A DNA stretch of 64,000 nucleotides from the NCBI GenBank assembly GCA_032718475.1, contig JAUCBJ010005092.1:1-64000 (forward strand). Reading direction: 5' to 3'. Origin of the DNA: Nemertoderma westbladi. Its lineage: Eukaryota; Animalia; Xenacoelomorpha. The translations under genes and the position numbers were made by a program. The notes beneath the pieces are model-generated. The model searched no databases, was not told where the DNA came from, and saw only the letters and a list, made by a program, of their open reading frames with translations. Shown here piece by piece: positions 12,088 to 23,300 of the stretch (positions within the stretch are counted from its first letter, which is position 1; every line of letters starts with the position of its first letter).

Positions 12088-15000
12088 AGTCTGTTGGTAA
12101 AGTAAGTTTGTTTAACATTGGAAGTCTGTTGGTGAAGTAAGTGTGTTTAACATTGGAAGTCTGTTGGTGAAGTAAGTTTGTTTAACATTGGAAGGCTGTT
12201 GTTGAAGTAAGTTTGTTTAACATTGGAAGTCTGTTGTTGATGTAAGTTTGTTTAACATTGGAAGTCTGTTGTTGAAGTAAGTTTGTTTAACATTGGAAGT
12301 CTGTTGGTGAAGTAAGTTTGTTTAACATTGGAAGGCTGTTGTTGAAGTAAGTTTGTTTAACATTGGAAGTCTGTTGGTGAAGTAAGTTTGTTTAACATTG
12401 GAAGTCTGTTGGTGAAGTAAGTTTGTTTAACATTGGAAGTTTGTTGGTAAAGTAAGTTTGTTTAACATTGGAAGTCTGTTGGTAAAGTAAGTTTGTTTAA
12501 CATTGGAAGTCTGTTGTTGATGTAAGTTTGTTTAACATTGGAAGTCTGTTGGTGAAGTAAGTTTGTTTAACATTGGAAGTCTGTTGGTGAAGTAAGTTTG
12601 TTTAACATTGGAAGTCTGTTGGTGAAGTAAGTTTGTTTAACATTGGAAGTCTGTTGGTGAAGTAAGTTTGTTTAACATTGGAAGGCTGTTGTTGAAGTAA
12701 GTTTGTTTAACATTGGAAGTCTGTTGGTGAAGTAAGTTTGTTTAACATTGGAAGGCTGTTGTTGAAGTAAGTTTGTTTAACATTGGAAGTCTGTTGGTGA
12801 AGTAAGTTTGTTTAACATTGGAAGTCTGTTGGTGAAGTAAGTTTGTTTAACATTGGAAGTCTGTTGGTGAAGTAAGTTTGTTTAACATTGGAAGTCTGTT
12901 GGTAAAGTAAGTTTGTTTAACATTGGAAGTCTGTTGGTGAAGTAAGTTTGTTTAACATTGGAAGTCTGTTGGTGAAGTAAGATTGTTTAACATTGAAAGT
13001 CTGTTGGTGAAGTAAGTTTCTTTAACATTGGAAGTCTGTTCTTGAAGTAAGTTTGTTTAACATTGGAAGTCTGTTGGTGAAGTAAGTTTGTTTAACATTG
13101 GAAGTCTGTTGGTGAAGTAAGTTTGTTTAACATTGGAAGTCTGTTGGTGAAGTAAGTTTGTTTAACATTGGAAGTCTGTTTGTTAAGTAAGTTTGATTAA
13201 CATTGTAAGTCTGTTGGTGAAGTAAGTTTGTTTAACATTGGAAGTCTGTTGGTGAAGTAAGTTTGTTTAACATTGGAAGTCTGTTGGTGAAGTAAGTTTG
13301 TTTAACATTGGAAGTCTGTTGGTGAAGTAAGTTTGTTTAACATTGGAAGTCTGCTGGTGAAGTAAGTTTGTTTAACATTGGAAGTCTGTTGGTAAAGTAA
13401 GTTTGTTTAACATTGGAAGTCTGTTGGTGAAGTAAGTTTGTTTAACATTGGAAGTCTGTTGGTGAAGTAAGATTGTTTAACATTGGAAGTCTGTTGGTGA
13501 AGTAAGTTTCTTTAACATTGGAAGTCTGTTCTTGAAGTAAGTTTGTTTAACATTGGAAGTCTGTTGGTGAAGTAAGTTTGTTTAACATTGGAAGTCTGTT
13601 GGTGAAGTAAATTTGTTTAACATTGGAAGTCTGTTGGTGAAGTAAGTTTGTTTAACATTGGAAGTCTGTTTGTTAAGTAAGTTTGATTAACATTGGAAGT
13701 CTGTTGGTGAAGTAAGTTTGTTTAACATTGGAAGTCTGTTGGTGAAGTAAGTTTGTTTAACATTGGAAGTCTGTTGGTGAAGTAAGTTAGTTTAACATTG
13801 GAAGTCTGTTTTTGAAGTAAGTTTGTTTAACATTGGAAGTCTGTTGTTGAAGTAAGTTTGTTTAACATTGGAAGTCTGTTGGTGAAGTAAGTTTGTTTAA
13901 CATTGGAAGACTGTTGGTGAAGTAAGTTTCTTTAACATTGGAAGTCTGTTCTTGAAGTAAGTTTGTTTAACATTGGAAGTCTGTTGGTGAAGTAAGTTTG
14001 TTTAACATTGGAAGTCTGTTGGTGAAGTAAGTTTGTTTAACATTGGAAGTCTGTTGGTGAAGTAAGTTTGTTTAACATTGGAAGTCTGTTGGTGAAGTAA
14101 GTTTGTTTAACATTGGAAGTCTGTTGGTGAAGTAAGATTGTTTAACATTGGAAGTCTGTTGGTGAAGTAAGTTTCTTTAACATTGGAAGTCTGTTCTTGA
14201 AGTAAGTTTGTTTAACATTGGAAGTCTGTTGGTGAAGTAAGTTTGTTTAACATTGGAAGTCTGTTGGTGAAGTAAGTTTGTTTAACATTGGAAGTCTGTT
14301 GGTGAAGTAAGTTTGTTTAACATTGGAAGTCTGTTTGTTAAGTAAGTTTGATTAACATTGGAAGTCTGTTGGTGAAGTAAGTTTGTTTAACATTGGAAAT
14401 CTGTTTGGTAAGTAAGTTTGATTAACATTGGAAGTCTGTTGGTGAAGTAAGTTTGTTTAACATTGGAAGTCTGTTGGTGAAGTAAGATTGTTTAACATTG
14501 GAAGTCTGTTGGTGAAGTAAGTTTCTTTAACATTGGAAGTCTGTTCTTGAAGTAAGTTTGTTTAACATTGGAAGTCTGTTGGTGAAGTAAGTTTGTTTAA
14601 CATTGGAAGTCTTTTGGTGAAGTAAGTTTGTTTAACATTGGAAGTCTGTTGGTGAAGTAAGTTTGTTTAACATTGGAAGTCTGTTTGTTAAGTAAGTTTG
14701 ATTAACATTGGAAGTCTGTTGGTGAAGTAAGTTTGTTTAACATTGGAAGGCTGTTGTTGAAGTAAGTTTGTTTAACATTGGAAGTCTGTTGGTGAAGTAA
14801 GTTTGTTTAACATTGGAAGTCTGTTGGTGAAGTAAGTTTGTTTAACATTGGAAGTCTGTTGGTGAAGTAAGTTTGTTTAACATTGGAAGTCTGTTGGTAA
14901 AGTAAGTTTGTTTAACATTGGAAGTCTGTTGGTGAAGTAAGTTTGTTTAACATTGGAAGTCTGTTGGTGAAGTAAGATTGTTTAACATTGAAAGTCTGTT

Positions 15001-16777
15001 GGTGAAGTAAGTTTCTTTAACATTGGAAGTCTGTTCTTGAAGTAAGTTTGTTTAACATTGGAAGTCTGTTGGTGAAGTAAGTTTGTTTAACATTGGAAGT
15101 CTGTTGGTGAAGTAAGTTTGTTTAACATTGGAAGTCTGTTGGTGAAGTAAGTTTGTTTAACATTGGAAGTCTGTTTGTTAAGTAAGTTTGATTAACATTG
15201 TAAGTCTGTTGGTGAAGTAAGTTTGTTTAACATTGGAAGTCTGTTGGTGAAGTAAGTTTGTTTAACATTGGAAGTCTGTTGGTGAAGTAAGTTTGTTTAA
15301 CATTGGAAGTCTGTTGGTGAAGTAAGTTTGTTTAACATTGGAAGTCTGCTGGTGAAGTAAGTTTGTTTAACATTGGAAGTCTGTTGGTAAAGTAAGTTTG
15401 TTTAACATTGGAAGTCTGTTGGTGAAGTAAGTTTGTTTAACATTGGAAGTCTGTTGGTGAAGTAAGATTGTTTAACATTGGAAGTCTGTTGGTGAAGTAA
15501 GTTTCTTTAACATTGGAAGTCTGTTCTTGAAGTAAGTTTGTTTAACATTGGAAGTCTGTTGGTGAAGTAAGTTTGTTTAACATTGGAAGTCTGATGGTGA
15601 AGTAAATTTGTTTAACATTGGAAGTCTGTTGGTGAAGTAAGTTTGTTTAACATTGGAAGTCTGTTTGTTAAGTAAGTTTGATTAACATTGGAAGTCTGTT
15701 GGTGAAGTAAGTTTGTTTAACATTGGAAGTCTGTTGGTGAAGTAAGTTTGTTTAACATTGGAAGTCTGTTGGTGAAGTAAGTTAGTTTAACATTGGAAGT
15801 CTGTTCTTGAAGTAAGTTTGTTTAACATTGGAAGTCTGTTGTTGAAGTAAGTTTGTTTAACATTGGAAGTCTGTTGGTGAAGTAAGTTTGTTTAACATTG
15901 GAAGACTGTTGGTGAAGTAAGTTTCTTTAACATTGGAAGTCTGTTCTTGAAGTAAGTTTGTTTAACATTGGAAGTCTGTTGGTGAAGTAAGTTTGTTTAA
16001 CATTGGAAGTCTGTTGGTGAAGTAAGTTTGTTTAACATTGGAAGTCTGTTGGTGAAGTAAGTTTGTTTAACATTGGAAGTCTGTTGGTGAAGTAAGTTTG
16101 TTTAACATTGGAAGTCTGTTGGTGAAGTAAGATTGTTTAACATTGGAAGTCTGTTGGTGAAGTAAGTTTCTTTAACATTGGAAGTCTGTTCTTGAAGTAA
16201 GTTTGTTTAACATTGGAAGTCTGTTGGTGAAGTAAGTTTGTTTAACATTGGAAGTCTGTTGGTGAAGTAAGTTTGTTTAACATTGGAAGTCTGTTGGTGA
16301 AGTAAATTTGTTTAACATTGGAAGTCTGTTTGTTAAGTAAGTTTGATTAACATTGGAAGTCTGTTGGTGAAGTAAGTTTGTTTAACATTGGAAATCTGTT
16401 TGGTAAGTAAGTTTGATTAACATTGGAAGTCTGTTGGTGAAGTAAGTTTGTTTAACATTGGAAGTCTGTTGGTGAAGTAAGATTGTTTAACATTGGAAGT
16501 CTGTTGGTGAAGTAAGTTTCTTTAACATTGGAAGTCTGTTCTTGAAGTAAGTTTGTTTAACATTGGAAGTCTGTTGGTGAAGTAAGTTTGTTTAACATTG
16601 GAAGTCTGTTGGTGAAGTAAGTTTGTTTAACATTGGAAGTCTGTTGGTGAAGTAAGTTTGTTTAACATTGGAAGTCTGTTTGTTAAGTAAGTTTGATTAA
16701 CATTGGAAGTCTGTTGGTGAAGTAAGTTTGTTTAACATTGGAAGTATGTTGGTGAAGTAAGTTTGTTTAACATTGGA
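12088..16777. repeat. Minisatellite B, right part, 134 copies of the 35-bp unit
   Basis: Span of 4690 bp = 134x35. Carries a cttgaa variant not seen in the left part. Confidence 0.98.
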
Positions 16778-16815
16778 CGGCTCTGTTTGTGCAGTTACCT
16801 AGGTAACTAGCTTAC

Positions 16816-16947
16816 CTCGGTTGTCTGCTAGTTCGATTAGGTATCGCGCCCGGCAATGCTGCTCCTTGTCCGGTGTTTTGATTGGTTACCAGTCGGTTGC
16901 CTTGGATACCACCGAGAAATGGTGAGGCTTGTACGGCGTTTAGACGT
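16816..16947 (-). CDS. CCDC169: CCDC169-like gene, exon 7 (132 bp, phase 2-2)
   Basis: Acceptor ttattcccag|A and donor AG|GTAAGC. Reads RLNAVQASPFLGGIQGNRLVTNQNTGQGAALPGAIPNRTSRQP and is phase-compatible with exons 6 and 8. Confidence 0.65.
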
Positions 16948-17321
16948 CTGGGAATAAATAGTGGCGGATATGTAGTCATGGTAGCCAGTATGACATATTT
17001 TGAACAATTTGTTTCATAGAGTGGAGCAAAAATCAACCAAATTTTCAACAGCAGATTGTTAATTCTTGAGGGAGGGGGTTTGGGAACACAGACTGCATCT
17101 TACTCGAGCGAGCGTTTCGCCCAACTTGGCGTTTCTGACAATTCTATACTAATAGATAATACCCAGTCTATTATCATGAAAAATATGAAAATATCTCAAT
17201 AATGGGGGGGGGGGGGATCTAATTTCATCCCTTTTCCTGGGTAAATCGACGCAAATAACAGCTGATTACTCCCAAAAACTAAAATATTTTATATGATATT
17301 CCCTTTCGCTTATTGTTCGGG

Positions 17322-20300
17322 CTGTCCCGGTGTATCCTTTCTCTACCAACCCTCCCATATAGTAATCCTACATACCCTGTCCCGGTGTATCCTTTCACTA
17401 CCAACCCTCCCATAGTAATCCTACATACCCTGTCCCGGTGTATCCTTTCTCTACCAACCCTGCCATAGTAATCCTACATACCCTGTCCCGGTGTATCCTT
17501 TCTCTACCAACCCTCCCATAGTAATCCTACATACCCTGTCCCGGTGTATCCTTTCTCTACCAAACCTCACATATAGTAATCCTACATACCCTGTCCCTGT
17601 GTATCCTTTCTCTACCAACCCTCCCATAGTAATCCTACATACCCTGTCCCGGTGTATCCTTTCTCTACCAACCCTCCCATATATTAATCCTACATACCCT
17701 GTCCCGGTGTATCCTTTCTCTACCAACCCTTCCATAGTAATCCTACATACCCTATCCCGGTGTATCCTTTCTCTACCAACCCTCCCATAGTAATCCTACA
17801 TACCCTGTCCCGGTGTATCCTTTCTCTACCAACCATCCCATAGTAATCCTACATACCATGTCCCGGTGTATCCTTTCTCTACCAACCCTCCCATAGTAAT
17901 CCTACATATCCTATCCCGGTGTATCCTTTCTCTACCAACCCTCCCATATAGTAATCCTACATACCCTGTCCCGGTGTATCCTTTCTCTACCAATCCTCCC
18001 ATAGTAATCCTACATACCCTGTCCCGGTGTATCCTTTCTCTACCAATCCTCCCATAGTAATCCTACATACCCTGTCCCTGTGTATCCTTTCTCTACCAAC
18101 CCTCCCATATAGTAATCCTACATACCCTGTCTCGGTGTATCCTTTCTCTACCAACCCTCCCACATAGTAATCCTACATACCCTGTCCCGGTGTATCCTTT
18201 CTCTACCAACCCTCCCATAGTAATCCTACATACCCTGTCCCGGTGTATCCTTTCTCTACCAACCCTCCCATAGTAATCCTACATACCCTGTCCCGGTGTA
18301 TCCTTTCTCTACCAATCCTCCCATAGTAATCCTACATACCCTGTCCCGGTGTATCCTTTCTCTACCAACCCTCCCATATAGTAATCCTACATACCCTGTC
18401 CCGGTGTATCCTTTCACTACCAACCCTCCCATAGTAATCCTACATACCCTGTCCCGGTGTATCCTTTCTCTACCAACCCTCCCATAGTAATCCTACATAC
18501 CCTGTCCCGGTGTATCCTTTCTCTACCAACCCTCCCATAGTAATCCTACATACCCTGTCCCGGTGTATCCTTTCTCTACCAAACCTCACATATAGTAATC
18601 CTACATACCCTGTCCCTGTGTATCCTTTCTCTACCAACCCTCCCATAGTAATCCTACATACCCTGTCCCGGTGTATCCTTTCTCTACCAACCCTCCCATA
18701 TATTAATCCTACATACCCTGTCCCGGTGTATCCTTTCTCTACCAACCCTTCCATAGTAATCCTACATACCCTATCCCGGTGTATCCTTTCTCTACCAACC
18801 CTCCCATAGTAATCCTACATACCCTGTCCCGGTGTATCCTTTCTCTACCAACCATCCCATAGTAATCCTACATACCATGTCCCGGTGTATCCTTTCTCTA
18901 CCAACCCTCCCATAGTAATCCTACATATCCTATCCCGGTGTATCCTTTCTCTACCAACCCTCCCATATAGTAATCCTACATACCCTGTCCCGGTGTATCC
19001 TTTCTCTACCAATCCTCCCATAGTAATCCTACATACCCTGTCCCGGTGTATCCTTTCTCTACCAATCCTCCCATAGTAATCCTACATACCCTGTCCCTGT
19101 GTATCCTTTCTCTACCAACCCTCCCATATAGTAATCCTACATACCCTGTCTCGGTGTATCCTTTCTCTACCAACCCTCCCACATAGTAATCCTACATACC
19201 CTGTCCCGGTGTATCCTTTCTCTACCAACCCTCCCATAGTAATCCTACATACCCTGTCCCTGTGTATCCTTTCTCTACCAACCCTCCCATATAGTAATCC
19301 TACATACCCTGTCCCGGTGTATCCTTTCTCTACCAACCCTCCCATAGTAATCCTACATACCCTGTCCCTGTGTATCCTTTCTCTACCAACCCTCCCATAT
19401 AGTAATCCTACATACCCTGTCCCGGTGTATCCTTTCTCTACCAATCCTCCCATAGTAATCCTACATACCCTGTCCCGGTGTATCCTTTCTCTACCAACCC
19501 TCCCATAGTAATCCTACATACCCTGTCCCGGTGTATCCTTTCTCTACCAACCCTCCCATAGTAATCCTACATACCCTGTCCCGGTGTATCCTTTCTCTAC
19601 CAACCCTCCCATAGTAATCCTACATACCCTGTCCCGGTGTATCCTTTCTCTACCAACCCTCCCATATAGTAATCCTACATACCCTGTCCCGGTGTATCCT
19701 TTCTCTACCAACCCTCCCATAGTAATCCTACATACCCTGTCCCGGTGTATCCTTTCTCCCCCAACCCTCCCATAGTAATCCTACATACCCTGTCCCGGTG
19801 TATCCTTTCTCTACCAACCCTCCCATAGTAATCCTACATACCCTGCCCCGGTGTATCCTTTCTCTACCAACCCTCCCATAGTAATCCTACATACCCTGTC
19901 CCGGTGTATCCTTTCTCCCCCAACCCTCCCATAGTAATCCTACATACCCTGTCCCGGTGTATCCTTTCTCTACCAACCCTCCCATATAGTAATCCTACAT
20001 ACCCTGTCCCGGTGTATCCTTTCTCTACCAACCCTCCCATATAGTAATCCTACCTACCCTGTCCCGGTGTATCCTTTCTCCCCCAACCCTCCCATAGTAA
20101 TCCTACATACCCTGTCCCGGTGTATCCTTTCTCTACCAACTCTCCCATATAGTAATCCTACATACCCTGTCCCGGTTTATCCTTTCTCTACCAACCCTCC
20201 CATAGTAATCCTACATACCCTGTCCCGGTGTATCCTTTCTCTACCAACCCTCCCATAGTAATCCTACATACCCTGTCCCGGTGTATCCTTTCACTACCAA

Positions 20301-23300
20301 CCCTCCCATATAGTAATCCTACATACCCTGTCCCGGTGTATCCTTTCTCTACCAACCCTCCCATATAGTAACCCTACATACCCTGTCCCGGTGTATCCTT
20401 TCTCTACCAACCCTCCCATAGTAATCCTACATACCCTGTCCCGGTGTATCCTTTCTCTACCAACCCTCCCATAGTAATCCTACATACCCTGTCCCGGTGT
20501 ATCCTTTCTCTACCAACCCTCCCATAGTAATCCTACATACCCTGTCCCGGTGTATCCTTTCTCTACCAACCCTCCCATATAGTAATCCTACATACCCTGT
20601 CCCGGTGTATCCTTTCTCTACCAACCCTCCCATAGTAATCCTACATACCCTGTCCCGGTGTATCCTTTCTCTACCAACCCTCCCATAGTAATCCTACATA
20701 CCCTGTACCGGTGTATCCTTTCTCTACCAACCCTCCCATATAGTAATCCTACATACCCTGTCCCGGTGTATCCTTTCTCTACCAACCCTCCCATAGTAAT
20801 CCTACATACCCTGTCCCGGTGTATCCTTTCTCTACCAACCCTCCCATATAGTAATCCTACATACCCTGTCCCGGTGTATCCTTTCTCTACCAACCCTCCC
20901 ATATAGTAATCCTACATACCCTGTCCCGGTGTATCCTTTCTCTACCAACCCTCCAATAGTAATCCTACATACCCTGTCCCGGTGTATCCTTTCTCTACCA
21001 ACCCTCCCATATAGTAATCCTACATACCCTGTCCCGGTGTATCCTTTCTCTACCAACCCTCCCATAGTAATCCTACATACCCTGTCCCGGTGTATCCTTT
21101 CTCTACCAACCCTCCCATATAGTAATCCTACATACCCTGCCCCGGTGTATCCTTTCTCTAGCAACCCTCCCATAGTAATCCTACATACCCTGTCCCGGTG
21201 TATCCTTTCTCTACCAACCCTACCATATAGTAATCCTACATACCCTGTCCCGGTGTATCCTTTCTCTACCAACCCTCCCATAGTAATCCTACATACCCTG
21301 TCCCGGTGTATCCTTTCTCTACCAACCCTACCATATAGTAATCCTACATACCCTGTCCCGGTGTATCCTTTCTCTACCAACCCTACCATATAGTAATCCT
21401 ACATACCCTGTCCCGGTGTATCCTTTCTCTACCAACCCTCCCATATAGTAATCCTACATACCCTGTCCCGGTGTATCCTTTCTCTACCACCCTCCCATAG
21501 TAATCCTACATACCCTGTCCCGGTGTATCCTTTCGCTACCGACCCTCCCATAGTAATCCTACATACCCTGTCCCGGTGTATCCTTTCTCTACCAACCCTA
21601 CCATATAGTAATCCTACATACCCTGCCCCGGTGTATCCTTTCTCTAGCAACCCTCCCATATAGTAATCCTACATACCCTGTCCCGGTGTATCCTTTCTCT
21701 ACCGACCCTCCCATAGTAATCCTACATACCCTGTCCCGGTGTATCCTTTCTCTACCAACCCTACCATATAGTAATCCTACATACCCTGTCCCGGTGTATC
21801 CTTTCTCTACCAACCCTACCATATAGTAATCCTACATACCCTGTCCCGGTGTATCCTTTCTCTACCAACCCTACCATATAGTAATCCTACATACCCTGTC
21901 CCGGTGTATCCTTTCTCTACCAACCCTACCATATAGTAATCCTACATACCCTGTCCCGGTGTATCCTTTCTCTACCGACCCTCCCATAGTAATCCTACAT
22001 ACCCTGTCCCGGTGTATCCTTTCTCTACCAACCCTACCATATAGTAATCCTACATACCCTGTCCCGGTGTATCCTTTCTCTACCAACCCTCCCATATAGT
22101 AATCCTACATACCCTGTCCCGGTGTATCCTTTCTCTACCGACCCTCCCATAGTAATCCTACATACCCTGTCCCGGTGTATCCTTTCTCTACCAACCCTAC
22201 CATATAGTAATCCTACATACCCTGTCCCGGTGTATCCTTTCTCTACCGACCCTCCCATAGTAATCCTACATACCCTGTCCCGGTGTATCCTTTCTCTACC
22301 AACCCTACCATATAGTAATCCTACATACCCTGTCCCGGTGTATCCTTTCTCTACCAACCCTCCCATAGTAATCCTACATACCCTGTCCCGGTGTATCCTT
22401 TCTCTACCAACCCTCCCATAGTAATCCCACATACCCTATCCCGGTGTATCCTTTCTCTACCAACCCTCCCATAGTAATCCTACATACCCTGTCCCGGTGT
22501 ACCCTTTCTCTACCAACCCTACCATATAGTAATCCTACATACCCTGTCCCGGTGTATCCTTTCTCTACCAACCCTCCCATAGTAATCCTACATACCCTGT
22601 CCCGGTGTATCCTTTCTCTACCAACCCTCCCATAGTAATCCCACATACCCTATCCCGGTGTATCTTTCTCTACCAACCCTCCCATAGTAATCCTACATAC
22701 CCTGTCCCGGTGTATCCTTTCTCTACCAACCCTACCATATAGTAATCCTACATACCCTGTCCCGGTGTATCCTTTCTCTACCAACCCTCCCATAGTAATC
22801 CTACATACCCTGTCCCGGTGTATCCTTTCTCTACCAACCCTCCCATAGTAATCCCACATACCCTATCCCGGTGTATCTTTCTCTACCAACCCTCCCATAG
22901 TAATCCCACATACCCTATCCCGGTGTATCCTTTCTCTACCAACCCTCCCATAGTAATCCTACATACCCTGTCCCGGTGTATCCTTTCTCTACCAACCCTC
23001 CCATAGTAATCCTACATACCCTATCCCGGTGTATCCTTTCTCTACCAACCCTCCCATAGTAATCCTACATACCCTGTCCCGGTGTATCCTTTCTCTACCA
23101 ACCCTCCCATAGTAATCCCACATACCCTATCCCGGTGTATCCTTTCTCTACCAACCCTCCCATAGTAATCCTACATACCCTGTCCCGGTGTATCCTTTCT
23201 CTACCAACCCTCCCATAGTAATCCTACATACCCTATCCCGGTGTATCCTTTCTCTACCAACCCTCCCATAGTAATCCTACATACCCTGTCCCGGTGTATC

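Noticed and set aside
3373-16777. CRISPR-like array (35-bp repeat next to a reverse transcriptase)
   Set aside because: Units are head-to-tail with no unique spacers, there are no cas genes, and the RT is a eukaryotic non-LTR element with tail and TSD.
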